Assembly (NCBI RefSeq): GCF_009914755.1
Contig: NC_060925.1
Strand: one strand, 5' to 3'
Length of the DNA stretch: 64,000 bases
Origin: the human T2T-CHM13v2.0 reference genome, Homo sapiens
Every line of letters begins with the position of its first letter. Position 1 is the stretch's first letter. Position numbers and translations under genes: made by a program. Positions 1 to 13,997 of the stretch are shown here, piece by piece. The notes beneath the pieces are model-generated. The model saw only the letters and a list, made by a program, of their open reading frames with translations, did no database searches and had not been told where the DNA came from.

Positions 1-718
1 TTGTTTTTCTTTCTGCAATAATAAATTAACTTTAGCTTACTATAAGTTTTTTACTTCATAAACTTTTTAATATTTTAAATGTGTTCACTCTTTTGTAATA
101 ACACTGAGCTTAAAACACAAATTGCACAGCCATATGAAAATATTTTTTCTTTATACACTATTGTATATGCTTTTCTCTATTTTTTAAATTTTTATTTTTT
201 TATTTTTTTTACTTTGTAAACTTTTTTGTTAAAAACGAAGACACAAACAAATACATTAGCATTGTTTTCCACCTCCATATCTTGTCCCACTGGCAGGTCT
301 CTAGGGGCAGTAAGATGCTTGGAGCTGTCATCTCCTGAAATAACAATGCCATCTTCTGAACTACCTCCTGGAAGACCTGCCTGAGGCTGTCTTACAGTTA
401 ACCTTTAAAAAATGAGTACACTCTAAAATAATGATAAAAAGCATAGTATCAGAAATATGTAAACCAGTAACTGCCATTTATTATCAGGTATTACGTACTG
501 TACATAATTGTGTGTGTTAGACTTTTATACGACTGGCAGCGCAGTAGTTTTGTTTACACCAACATTACCACAGACATGAGAGTGACGCATGATGCTGTAA
601 CATTACAATGGCTACATCACTCAGTGGCAGAAATTTTTCAGCTACATTACGATCTTATGGGACCACTGTCATATACGTGGGCTTGCATTGACCAAAATGT
701 TGTTATGTGACAAATGAT
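1..718. mobile_element. Tigger3 (Tigger3b-like) TcMar DNA transposon relic, running off the window start
   Basis: Ends in atcttatgggaccactgtcatatacgtgg...ttgaccaaaatgttgttatgtg, the Tigger3 terminus. The same end sequence is seen at 60810-60880. Confidence 0.8.
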
Positions 719-856
719 GGTGCTCTTTAATAAAATATCAAATAAGGACCAGATTATATCAGGAGACGTATGCAAGGGAAGAATCATTGAGAAGGAAGCT
801 TTTGGGATAGGCTCAAGGATACAGGCATCTTTAATAACAAGAGCTACCATCTATGG

Positions 857-1183
857 TGGAAGTCAGCAAACTTTTTCTGTAAAGAATCAGATAGGAAATA
901 TTTTTGGCCATGCAGTCTCTGTTGCAACTACTCAACTGTGCCTTTGTAGTGCAAACACAGCTATGGGTATTATGTAAACAAATGCACATGGCTCTGCTTC
1001 AATAAAACATTATTTATGGATGGTAAAATTTATTTATGATGTTCATGGCACATAATATTGTTTTTCTTTCTTAGTTTTATCTTTCAATCATTTAAAAAGG
1101 TAGAACCCATTCTTAGCTTGAGGGCCATATAAAAACAGGTAGCAGACCAGATTTGCCTGCAGGTCATAATTTGCTGACCCCTG
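857..1183. mobile_element. MER58 (MER58B-like) hAT-Charlie element
   Basis: Terminal inverted repeats gtcagcaaa / tttgctgacccctg, and internal gtctctgttgcaactactcaact. Confidence 0.8.
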
Positions 1184-2154
1184 ACTGTTCATTAAAAATA
1201 AATGCTTTAGTATACCCATTCTCATTGAATTCTTAGACCTGCTCTTTGAGGCAGGTATACTCATTTCCATTTTCTAGATATCCAAGATGAAGTTTAGAGA
1301 ACTTAGGTCATACGGATTTCAAAGGCCTTTCTTTTAACCACTAAGCTATACTACCTCCCATAATGGTAAGGAACACAGGGGGATGGTGGAATGAGTAGGT
1401 TTTCTTTAGCCAAAGGAATTTAAAAATCTAAAAGTAGTTTTAACAAAGAATATGAGGCTTGCTATCATGGCTTTCTCATAGCAAGCTCATTTTAGATCTC
1501 TGCGATTACTACATTCTCTGTTTTCACAAGTCAAGCACAGGAAAGATATAATGTTAATAAGCTCTACTTTTCAGAATATAATATTCCCCCATATTTGAAG
1601 AAAAAAGAACAGCCTTCTAGCATTTGTTCCAACTTCTCTCCACCATCCATGATCCCACGGAAGGTCGTGCCCACCCCTGCAGGTAACAGGTATGCTTGAA
1701 GATCTTGCTCTCCCCTGCTGGAAGATCAAATTCTATCAAAGTTGCCCATTTCTCTCTTTCCTTCTCTCACTGATTTAAGCAACAATTCTCTCTTACTTGG
1801 CTTCCTTGCTTTCTTCTTGTTTAAAGGTAATTTTATGTGTCAGAGAGAATGGAAGGAAGACAGGGGTTGCCATGTTCTCTCCATTACCTATTAAGATTAC
1901 AGGAGGTGGTGATTTCAATTCTTCTTTGGTCCTCTTCTTTCTCTAAACACAGCTAAAATGTCCTTTATACTGTCTGTGGGTTTTTTCACAAATGTAGGAT
2001 CACATTGGGTTGTTGGCTTTCTGATGCTATTGATAGGTTCATCAGTCAGTGCACGTCCATGAATGCATGTGCCCAGCATTGGGCTAGGTACTGTGGGAGC
2101 TGTAAAGGTAGGATTTACAATCTATGTGGGATACAAGACTAACAAACATGTGAT

Positions 2155-2890
2155 AATAGTAATAATAACAGCTGCTCACTATTAAAACATTTTCTATGCC
2201 CTGGCACTCTGCTAAACACTTTGCATGTATTCTGTCAAATAAAAAACAAACTTGGATTTAGAAGAATTTTATTCTAAGCGATTATTGCTGGGGCAGGGTA
2301 GGGAAGCCATTGAATTTGGAAGAATGCTCTGATAAAGTCTGCAAGCATCTCTAGAGTTGAACAAAAAGAGTTTTTAACTTTTATAGACAGAAGTGAACAA
2401 GGCTACAAAGAATCTGGTGTGGAGAAGCATCATGATTGGAAAGTAGATAAGAGAATGTTTTACCTGAAACCAGCCTACATTCAGTAGTCACTATACACAG
2501 CTCAGGCTAAGGGTGAGCCGAAGCTCAAGGGCTTGGGGGAAGAAGAAAAGTTTAACCAACATTTGGTTCACAAGCATTTTGTTGTGATTGATTAGAAGAG
2601 ACAAACAATTTAGCTAATGACTTATAAGGCAAACAACGGGAATTTGAAGAGTGTATCTGGCTATATTTTAGGTAAACAAGGGGGGCATCATGAGTCTTAT
2701 CTAAGTCTCATGGGGAAGGGTGAAATTCAACATTGTCAGTTCTCTATATGAATCTCAGTGGTTGGTGCTAAAATAGTTCCTATTTCAGAGATGACAAAAC
2801 CGGGCAACAGAGAGGTTTATTACTTTGTCCAAGGTCACAGAATTATCAGTAGAAAAGTTGGAGCTTATATTCAGATCTGTCTGACTCCAG
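2155..2890 (-). mobile_element. MIR SINE split by an LTR insertion
   Basis: MIR tail motif (ggcactctgctaaacactttgcatgt) lies left of 2233, and the MIR core (gtccaaggtcacag...tctgtctgactccag) lies right of 2738. Confidence 0.7.
2233..2738 (-). mobile_element. Solo ERV1 LTR, MER67-like
   Basis: Minus strand runs TGACAATGTTGAATTT...ATTTGACA, with internal CTATAAAAG and AATAAA. Imperfect 4-bp TSD attc/gttc. Confidence 0.75.
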
Positions 2891-5800
2891 GGTAGTCAAT
2901 CAGTCCTAAATTCTATGGTAGAGACTATAAGTGTCACAGGACTTTGGAGGAGAGAGGACATGAGTGAGGCCCAGGGGAGTCGCCAAAGGCCTCATGGAGG
3001 AATATGTTCTGAAGAATGGGCAGGCTTCGCTGACTAGGTAGTTAGAAACAGTGTAAATTATTCAGGGCAGAGACAATAAGGTCAAAGAAACAGAGGTGAA
3101 GGTGGCCACAGAGGTCATTACAAAGCTTAACTCTGTGTTATGGAGGTTTTAACTGGATAAAGAATAAGCATTAATTTACATAAATAGGCTAGGGTCATAC
3201 CGCATGGGGTCCTGAAGAACCAGTCCAGGAATTTTGAGCCTGAAGCAAGTTAGGAAGCAAGCAGTGCCTTGCCTTGGTCAGAAGCTACACAGGAATGGCA
3301 CTAAACCGAGTTAAACTGAGTCAGGCAGTGAAATGACTTACAACAAATGAAAATTTGAATGAATCGTAGACCGGAGGGAAAAATAGCCAAAAGGCTGTAA
3401 CAACAATGCGTCCTTGGAGGTCTGGGAGTCAGACTGGGGTAGCAACCGTGTACAGAGAATGAGGGACAATCCAGGGGGTATTTTAGAAGAAATGAAAGGA
3501 TTTGGTGCCAGATATGGATAGAGGAGGTTAAAGAGAAAACTTTCCTCTTATTAGAAGATGCATAATAATAAAAACTCAGAATCTTTCTAAGTAGGTTTGT
3601 AGAACTTTTGTCTTTTAGGGTCCTTTAGTATCATTACTCAAAATCACAAATAGACAAAAAAATTTTCATGCTCTGATGTAATGGGAAAATCTAAGTTAAA
3701 ATTAGCAGGTTTCCTGTCAACCGTTGAAAACCATTAAAATTCTAATATTTATTACAAGTACCCAAGGAAAAAATATAGCATACAGTGCTGGTCAAAAATA
3801 ATTTGAACATAAAAATCACTTCTTGCAGATCATTTCATTGAATTAGCGTGCTACCGAGCCCACTTTGGGAAATACCCTAATAGTTACATTACTGAGGACC
3901 TACCATGGGCCAGGTGTTCTACCCGCCTTATGACTCTTAGTCCTTACAATATTCTCATTAACTTGTTTTGCAGATGAAGAAACTAAGGCTTGGAGGCTTT
4001 AAGTCATCTGTTTGATGATCAGGCAAGCACTGAGTATCTAACTACCAAACCCTCCTCCCCTCCTTGCATCAAGCCTCCTTCCACATTACAGATGTACAAG
4101 ATCTTCAAAAGCAGACTTTCCCAGCAACCTCCAGAACACTTGATTATTGGATTTTTCACAGTTGTTTTCAACAGTTTCTGAAATCCTTTCCTGGATGCAG
4201 GATATCATGCATCCTGGGCCTGCTGACACCAGCTTCCAATCTATTGGCATTCACCTGCTGTCGTACACAGCTTCCGGTGGTATCATTCGGATTTTAGATT
4301 ACTCCTCTCCCTTTGTTCCCCAGAACCCAACATCTATAAACATGAAAACACAGGCAGGAAAGGGTACAATGAGCAATCTCCAGCTTCTTAATGCAGGCGG
4401 TGTGATGCGGGGAGGAGAGGGAGGGCACGATAAGGTCCCGATGTCTCACATGTCCCTGGAATTGACATGCACCAGGCTAGTGCTTGCAGTCACTACCATC
4501 ATAGACCGTTTAGTGTTAAATTTAGAATTAAAACCAATTAAAAGATAACAAGAAAACATATGCTTGGAATGGCAAGAATCAAACATGACTGCTAGCTACT
4601 GCAGGGAGGTATTAGAATGTTTTACAAACCCGAAACTTGCCCATTCTCAGTCTTTCACCCATGTCCCTGGTTTATCTCCACCCAAATGGCTTTCAATGGA
4701 AAAATCACTGGGATCTTTACTACAGTGAATCTGAAAACTGGAGTTAGAAAAGACTCACCATTGACCCTTTCTCTTGTGCTAGGTCAGATGACTGAGTCCA
4801 TCTGGATTCAAGGTTGTGTTCGAATAATGGCTGGGGCTAGGATTGAGGTGCTTCTCCTTGGGGTCATGGTCAAACACAGGTTATTTGTGAGATAAGGATG
4901 CAGATGAGTATGTAGGTTCCCCATTCCTCCCTTATATCTCAGGAAGGTAGGTGTGCCTGCAGCTCCAGAGTTGGGGGTAGACACCCCAGAAAGGTGAGTG
5001 CTGCCTTTGGCATCCCCAGACATGTCAGCATCCAGAAACAAATTGTACTGTCAAAAAAGGCAGTAATTCTGCTGCTCAGTAATCCAAGTCAGCCAGTTTA
5101 ATGTCTGGGTGAAAGATCTCTACATTCTTACTTTGCCATCATTGAGGGGGGTCCCCGCAGAGCCCACAGGTTTTCCATGTATGTCTCCCTAGGAGATTTC
5201 CACGAGTGTGCACTGCTATGGCTCAACACACCCTCACCCTCCACATCCAAAGAGTCACCTATTGGCAGTATTTCCTAAATTAACGTCATATCAACTTTCC
5301 ACTAGACATTTCTTCCCTCTTCATCCAGACCCTCAGCAGCTCCCACCTGGTTTACTCCAAAATTTTCCTGACTGGTACACTTCCCTCTCATTTTCACATC
5401 TCCCAAGCATCCTCCACGCTGTCATTACATGTATGTTTCTAAAGCACAATCAGAAGATGTCTTTTCCTGCTGAAATCCTTTAGTAGCTCTCAAGGGACTT
5501 GAAGGTAAAATCAGGCAAGAGGGCATGGCAGGCTGGCCCTTTGAACCTCTGCCTCCCCGCCCCGCCCACAACCAGCCTCTCTCCAGCCTCACTTCCCCTA
5601 CTTACCCCACATTAGCCAGGTGGACAGCACTTTCTCACAACCCAGGGTTGTGCTTTTTTCCTTTTTAGAACTCCTTTTTCCCAGAGTCAGCCTGAGGTTC
5701 CCTCACCCTCCTTCATTCAGTGCGGTAGCACTCCTGCTAGGAAGGTTCTCTTCAGTCCTGCCCCATCCAGATCTGGAGCCTCCTCTTTGGTGCTTCCTTT

Positions 5801-6769
5801 CCTCAGGTCTCTGGTAGCCCCTGTCATACCTCATTGTAATTTCTGGTTTCCTAGACTCTTCCCAGAGACTTGATGAACAACTTGAGGGCAGGCATAGTTC
5901 TTATTCATCAATGTATTCCTAATGCTTTCCATAGGGCCTGGCACTCAATCACACGTAGCTGTAGGTATGTGTGGAATGGAACGCTTCCCAGGGTGGGGTG
6001 GCACGGTGAGAACTGGGCAGAGTAAGGATTTTCTTTCGTTTGCTGTCATGTTAATATTGACTAGTAATAATAAAACTGTTCTGTGGATGACCATGCTTCA
6101 TCTGGCACCCCCGTGGGAAGACGTGCTTATCCTGGGGCAGCAGTGTGGGCAGATCCAGAAGCCAAAGACATGCCCGGGCAGTGGGACAAGCCTCTGGAGT
6201 TCTCCTGGTTTTTAGCAGAAGGGAAAACAAATGCATTGCTTTGGGAGGGAAGGATGATGAATTATGAAGCCTTGGGTTCCAGTTTCAGTTCTGCCCTGTA
6301 GAGTAAGGGGTGCTGGGCTACCAGCAGGTGAGAGAGAGGGCCGCAGTGCAAGGACACAGGGTCTGTGGACAGATGTCCTGTGTGCAGACTGGTCCTACTG
6401 CCAGCATCCTCACATCTGGGACAGCACACTCACCTTGGAGACACCTCAAGGGACAAAGCTGTGTTCTGCAAGGTGCCCTTCAGGACTGGGCACAACTCAC
6501 CACGTGCCTTCACCAAACACAGTCACAAATTGTAACCTACCTTCTCACTTCACAGGGTGGCGAGAAAAACAGTATATGTCAAAAATACTAATAATTTTAA
6601 ACTCCTGCATATCTATTTCCATCATCATTATTTCTCAGAGCTTTTGCAGTTATAGTACTTTATTATTCTCTAAGTGAACTTGGCAATAATTAGTAGGCTT
6701 GACCTACTAATCTCACTCTGCCTCTCAGCCACACAACACACAGCTACTCACTCCTTTTGTCATTGCAGC

Positions 6770-7912
6770 CCTCCTGTGATCCTCCTAATTCCTGACTGTT
6801 TCTTCGTAGTCTTCTTTGCGGCACCCCCTACCCCAACCTTTCCTCTGTCTTACTTCTTACAGTGGGAACAACTCAGGGCTAGGTCCTGAGCCTACTTCTC
6901 TTCTCTGTCTTCCTCCTTAGGTAAGCTCATCTATCCCCAGGGATTTAGGTACTAGTTGAATTCACCAGAACTCACAGATTTGCATCTCCAGCTCTGACTT
7001 CTCCTCTGAGCTCCAGACTTGCAAATCCAATGGCCTCCTTGACTTTTCCCCTTAGATATCTCTATGGTAGCTCAAAATTGACAGGCCTACATGAAGCTCT
7101 TTACTGCTCACCCCCCGGCAACATGTTCCATCTCATTGGCTCTGAAATTATTATAGTAACTGGCACTTCTACATCATCAACTACTCAAGCAAATATCTAG
7201 GAACTCTTTGGTTCCTCTTCCTCTGCTCTTCCCTCCCCAAGCCCCACTCTATTGCCAAGTTTCTCTATCCCCTAAACAAACCTAGATCTGTTCTTTCTTC
7301 TCTGTGTCCTTTCCTTTCCATTGCCCAGATTACTGCTTTAGTCAATAAATGGTGTCCCTGTGTCCACTCTGGCTTCCCCTGAAGCCATTTTCCATCCAGT
7401 GCAGGAGGGATTCAAAGAACAAAAATCTAAGTGGTGCATTCCTCTTGGTGGCTTCCTACTCAGTAGCCTAGCTGGGGTCTGTGTGGCCCTGCATGGCCAA
7501 TCTCAGCCTTCCCAGCCTCCAGCCAGGCCCCTGTTCCCTCACTTGTCCTGCCCCAACCCCACCAGCCTTCTCCACCACAGGTTTCTACACTGGCCATTTC
7601 CTCTTCCTGAGACACCTGTCCTCTGGCTCACCATCCACATCTTGGCATAAGTGCTACTCAGCCAAGTTTTACTGACCACCCTCTTTAAAGGGGGCCACTG
7701 CCCCTGTTACCCATCCTAGCATCCTATTCATTACCCTCATAGCCCATCCAACACTCATAATATTTTGTGGATTCTTTATTTTCTTTTTAATATTCTGTCT
7801 CCTTCACACCTACTCTAACAAAGCAGGGATTATGGCTCTCATGCGGTGTTGTTTGCCCCAAACCTGCACACATTAGATACTCAGTACATGTTCACTAAAT
7901 GACTAATAAATA
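6770..7912 (+). mobile_element. L2 LINE 3' fragment
   Basis: Contains the L2 motif ctccagctctgacttctcctctgagctccagac and a 3' tail tactcagtacatgttcactaaatga. Boundaries approximate. Confidence 0.7.
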
Positions 7913-10900
7913 AGTATAAGCATTTTAAGAAAGAATAACTTATTGAATTACAAAAGAGATTTTCTTCAGTTTCATTCTGCCTTTATGTTTAACTGTAGAT
8001 CATTAATGATCTCTACCAGCCTAAAGAATGCAGGACACGTGCTCAATACAGATCCCAACATATTAATTACCCCCGAAGAAAGAGTGGTGTGGGAATTTTG
8101 AAGGAATCACACTTCTTTTTTCTACTCTACCGTGTAAAAGAATTCAAAGACCAGTAAAGGTTGGGAGCTGGAATTTCCTGATTCTCCTCATCCACCTTAC
8201 CATGGTCAGTGTTGAATATGAACCCACTGTGAGCAGAATCTATCACACAATACCCAGAGGGAGTTGTAAACAAGTAGAGACAGAGTCCCTGCTCTCTAAG
8301 GGAAGAAGTAAAACAGACCAAATAAAAATACAAAAAGCTGAAAATGCCCCCCAAACACATCAATATATATAGAACCAATTACCACAGTAATCGACTAGGT
8401 TTATAATAAACTGACAGGAGGGACCAGGGCAGCCTGCATGGGCAATGGAGGCACATATAAAGAGTGACTTTATAAGCCGCCTCTGCGGAATAAACCTGAC
8501 TGAAGAAAAACCCCAAGGACAGAGAAGAATGTCAGGGGAGTGCCAGCTGTGGTTTTACCCTATTATGCTGGTTTCCCCTGGTACTGGCTCTCACATTTCA
8601 CCTACAAAGCACATATTTTAACTGGCAGATTTATCGAGAAATTGAGCTGGAGAAATGCTTCTTTCTACTTTTCTTTTTCTTTCTTTCTTTTTAATAGGCA
8701 AAAGCAAAAACACTTTAAGGCTCGCTTGAACCTGCTTAGTTTTTGCAATTGCTCTAAACTGAGGGCTTTTGTAGTATTTAATTCTAAATGAGTGGAATGG
8801 TGCTCTCCCTTGCCAGACTTAAACACGCTGATGGGCTTTGTATGGTTATGACTTAGTGGAACCATCTCCTGCTTTCTAATTATGGTGGGCTTTAGGAGGA
8901 GATAAGGGTGACTGCTTTCTCAGCCCCAGGGTATGAACTCTGTTTAGACAGGTACTGTCCTTGCTCCAGCCTCAGTGGGCAGCCAATGGACCTCTAGCAA
9001 TCTATGAACAACCCTTCACAAAACTGCAAGGGAGTGGTCCGGGCATCCCACATGACCCGGGGATGGCCTAATCTAGCTGGCCAAATCCTCTCCCCAGAAA
9101 TGCTTTATGTTGCAAGTTCTTTCATTCAAAGTTCCCCATACCTCCCCACTTGTTTCCCCTTACAGTGCCTTTCGGGGTCCCTCTGAGGGCAGCTGCCTTT
9201 GGTATAGGCACTTTGGTACTTGAAAACCAAATCTTGCCCCGGAAAAACTTCCCAAGAAATGGGATGAACTATGAATGTGGGGAGTGTGTTCTGAGTCTTA
9301 CAACAGTTTTTCCTGCTTCTCCCATGGGTTCCGCTGAGGGCTCAGCCACACTGTCCTATGGACACTGGCTTGCCAGCTGTCAGCTTTGCCCTCAACATCT
9401 AAAATTCCACAGTGGGTTGCAAGTCTTCTTTTATTAACCACTGCATTCCTAGTACCTAACACTGTGCCTGATCTATATATAATAAGCACTCAATACACCT
9501 TTTTGAATGAATGCATATACATCATTATTGCAAAGGAATTCATAGATTTCCCTCAAGGTGCTGCTAATTGAGGCCTATGTACCAGTGACTCTGCAGACAG
9601 CAATATGTCAACAATAAAGACAAAGTTTATCTGGAAATTTCCAAGAGAGAGAAGTTAATCAGATTGGAAAACTGTCTACTTATCAGTAACAGAGACTGAA
9701 ATGACGTATTCTGGGACCTTTGACTAGTGTAGCGTTAATCACCTTCATTTCGTAGAGTAGATGGCCATTAGGGCCACATTTGAAAATGATGTCACTGCCC
9801 TCATTTTCAAAAAATGAGTTACTTACCTGATTCATTTCTTGCTGATTTCCTTAACATTAGATTTTTCTTATATATTTGTATTTTTCCTTTAACTTATATC
9901 TTCTATTAATTGAACCAACTTTCAAAGAGTTCCATGAGATTCAGGGAAACCTTGTCTCTGACAACAGAGGAATGTAAACTAGAAACGGAAAGAAAATGGC
10001 TAGTGGCCAAATGAACAAGAGCTTAGATGAAAGGGGTTCCATTATTTGTTGGTTTAGGTCAAAGTATTTTTGTGCCTTTTGTTTCAGTTTAAACACAGGT
10101 TGCATGTTATACCTAATACATACTCCCTCACCTTCTGCAAAGAAAACTTTCCTACTCACTTTGTAAAAGAAAGGAAAATACAAAAAAGGTAGTAAAAGAA
10201 AGACTATTGTTGACTCCTACAACATTAACTGGTAGCTGGAAACTTACAATAACAATCACTAATTGGAGGTACACAAATGCATCTAACCCAGGTCCTAATA
10301 ATTAATTCTGGTCTCACCTTGTGTTTAATCACTTGGTTTTTATGTCCAGCCTGTTCTTTTAATGCCAAATTCCCAGACATCACATTATCTATCTCCCAAC
10401 CCCAACCTCACCTCACACATACAAAACAGCAAACATGGAGATATGAAAGGAGGGATGAGAAGCTGGAACAAGACTGCCTTCAGCATGATAAAAGGGTGAG
10501 CTGGTGCCAGGAGGTTGCAGGGGAGGGTGTTTGGGGAGACACTCTCTTAAACAATATGCTATCATTTCTAGGAAAGGGAAGAAGAAGAGAAAAAATATGA
10601 CATTCACTCGTTTATTCAAAAAATATTAACTGACTGCTTGCTAGATGCTGTACATGGTAAAATGCATTGCAGAAGATGGGGTAGGAGTAGGAAGAGAATT
10701 CAGAGATTTGTGAACATGGCCCCGACCTTTCAACAATTGTTGACCCCCTTATGCCCCGGAGAATATAAAAGTGTTTCTCTAAAGCAGGATTGTTCATGAA
10801 AATCAGGACAATAAACAAGCCTAACAAAAACACAAAACTACTAATGTTATCTCTCAGCCCCCATTTGCACTTCTGTTGAAACTGGGTTGTTAATGGAGCC

Positions 10901-11544
10901 AGAGTCCCCCTTGTGAGGAATCAGAGTTATCTGCACCTGCATTTGTATGCAGCCTGTGGAACCAGCCGTGCAGATTTTGAATCGTAGGTCACAGGGAAGC
11001 TGACACAGCTGGGCACTTTTATTTTTCCCACCTCTGGAGGATGTGCCTGACAGCTCCTTTGCACTTAAAAGGGAGTAACCCCCAGGCTGCTTATCAAAAA
11101 GCTTCCCCAGGGAGGCTGAGATGGGAGGATCCTGAGGCCAGGAGTTTGAGGCCAGCCTGGGATTCTTTTCCACAGACAGCACATTCTTACAGTGTCCACT
11201 CCAGCCCCCACTGCAAAAAAAAAAAAAAAAAAAAAATTCTCACATGGGTGGGAGAAGTGGTATTTGTTTCCTGATCTTTTCCAATAAAACTGTCTACGAC
11301 AAGGTCTGAACATGGTTGGCAAAGGAGGTGATCCTGATCCTAATTTTTGGAATGGAGGTTTGACCCTGCTGTTCCACTAACCACAAGTTAGTAGACGATT
11401 TGTGACTTCTGAAATATACATCAGTGTTGTACAAACAGTGAATTTTACCCAGGGCAAGTTTTACTAACATCCTTTTTAAATTTTTATCATTGCTGTTTTG
11501 TTCAAAAATAGGGAGATGAGCTTCAAATTTCATTCAAATAATGC

Positions 11545-11800
11545 TAATAATAATAGTAATGTAGTAATAATAATATGAGTCCCAATGCACTGAACACTTA
11601 AAAAATACTAGATATTGCGCTTTATGTATAAACCTTGTATCCAATCCTGGTACAACCTTTTAATATAAGTATTGCTAGCCCCATTTTACAGACATGGAAA
11701 CTGAGGTTCACAGCCATTAAGTAAATTTCTCAAGAACCACATCTAATAAAAATTTTGATGCAATTCTGTCTAATACTAAACCCTTGCTACAAACAACTAC
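11545..11800 (-). mobile_element. MIR SINE
   Basis: Core cccattttacagacatggaaactgaggttcacag. Boundaries approximate. Confidence 0.7.
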
Positions 11801-12125
11801 ATTCAACTACTTCCATTGCAATATCAACCAAGTTAACCTATTTAACCTTGAGTCAGGCATTATTAAGTGGTTGCATTCCCTTATCAGAAGTAGAAATCAT
11901 TTGCTGAGTTTATAGAGTCACAGAACATTAGAACTAGAAGAAACTCTAAGTATAATCTAAGTTCATTATTATACAGATAAGAAAATTATTTTGAAGAGGG
12001 TTAACAATTTACCCTAGGTCAGCTGACTGGCTACTGGCTCAATTGAAACAAAGAACCCAGTTCTCCCAGATCCCAATCCAGTATTCTTTCCCTCAACATG
12101 TTGCCTTAGAGTAGAATGGGCAATA

Positions 12126-12442
12126 CAGCAGGCCCCCATCATCATCAGTTTTGTTTTCTGCCACTTCAGCTAATTATAGTCAACTCCAGTCCAGAAATAA
12201 GTACAATAAGACATTTTGAGAGAGAGAAACCACATTCATCTAACTTTTATTACAGTATAATTATCCTATTTTATTATCAGTTACTGTTGTTAATCTCCTA
12301 CCGATTTATAAATTAAACTTTGTCATAGGTATGTAGGTACAGAAAAAAAAAACCTAGTATATGTAGGGTTCAGTACTATTCAAGGTTCCAGGCATCCACT
12401 GGGGTCTTGGAAAAGATTCCCTGCAAATAAAGGGGACTACTG
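12126..12442. mobile_element. MER44A TcMar-Tigger MITE, complete
   Basis: TA|cagcaggcccc...ggggactactg|TA: inverted ends with TA target duplication, and internal gagagagaaaccacattca. Confidence 0.85.
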
Positions 12443-12949
12443 TATAGACATTTTATTGCTTAGGACATGAAGTACTCATCCCAAAAGATGTGAAAACTCC
12501 AATGATGTCAAGTTCAGATTCTCACATCTGATGTAGAATCTTCCCTTCCCTTATCCTTTATCTTGTGATTTTTTTTTCCTCAACACATTTCCTGCAGAGA
12601 TAATTAGTGGTGGACTGGAGCCTATAACTTAATCAAGATAAAATGCCTGGTAAATATATGTCTTATACTATTTAGCCTCTAGCCATATGCTTACTTCTCC
12701 TGGGTCTGAATTTCCATGGCCAGCCCAGTTGCACATTGAGCTACATGTTGGATAAAAGAAAATGCGCTAAACAAATTGGCCCCATTTTAGCTTGGCCATA
12801 AATAGAATTTCTTCTCTACATACCCCATCCAGGGATCTAGGCTTCTCTTTTTTCCACAGTCATGTTGGTTATCATTCTGATATTTAGCAATTATCTCCTA
12901 TAGGTCCTACATTATTCTAGGAGCTATGGGAATTCAGAAAACAATTGTC

Positions 12950-13310
12950 AGGGTTTTGTGTTTGCTATTTCATCTGCCTGGATTGTTCTGTTTCCCATCT
13001 CTGCATGATCAGCTCCTTATCTTTCAAGTCTCAGCTCAAAATCACCGTCACTGAGGCCTTCTCTGTGCTGGCCATCTGGATTTACTTCAATCCTTCAGTC
13101 AACCTCTGGTACATCAACTGGCTTCAGTTTCCTCAAAGCATCTATCAGTATCATAAATTATTGCCTTCATTTATTTGTTACTTGACATTTTCTCTCTCTT
13201 CTCACTAGGATATGAGCTCCAGAAAAGCAGGAAAATTTTTTGCATCATTCATTATCATATCCCCAGAGCCTAGTCCAATGACTAGATATAGAAGGTGTTA
13301 AATAAATGAA
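12950..13310 (+). mobile_element. L2 3' end
   Basis: tcaagtctcagctcaaaatcacc...ctaggatatgagctcc...tatccccagagcctag...aaataaatgaa. Confidence 0.7.
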
Positions 13311-13997
13311 CAGCCCATCCCAGGAAGCAATCAATCAAGTTCTGAAGACAAAGTTTACATATCTGGAGTAGTTGGGAATAGTCCAGAATATGATAAAATT
13401 AACTACTAAATTGTATGGTAGAGACAATATGTTACTATTGTCAGGCTCATAATTATATGAAAGGAGCTTTCATCAGCACTAGAATTTTCCCATCAACCAA
13501 AATACTATCCAGGTTAGGATGCAAAACTCTTCAAAAACTTTCTAGAGGGAAAAATGAGGTCCTCATCTGAATACTGTTTTAAGCAACCTAGACAGAGCTT
13601 TCCTGAGATAGTAAGATTAGGAAAATGTTGCCTAGAGTAGTACAAAGCTATTAAATAAAAAAGTCAGCTTATTGCCTTTAATACTGATTTTTGGTATGTT
13701 TCCAATTCCTTCCAGTGCCTGAGGGCTTTAGATAGTTCAGTTCTTCAATTCTGCACATAAACTATTTTCTGCACACAAGCCTAGTGATCAATGGCCTAAT
13801 CAAAGAAAAGCCTTGGTCCAAAGTGAAAACCACGCAGGATAGGCCTCCTGCCTGACACTACTCTGTGGAGTTGACATCAGGACATAACCCCGGAGACCAC
13901 CGTGCCATGGCTCCAGTGTCGAAGTTTCTGTATTAGACAGGATGAGAAAAGACAGTAAGAGAACACACAGCCTTCAGGTCTTCAAGATAAATATATA

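Noticed and set aside
4147-4548. 133-aa plus-strand ORF as a nested gene or retrogene
   Set aside because: Starts at TTG, has no recognisable homology, and shows no poly(A)/TSD. The length is within chance expectation for 64 kb.
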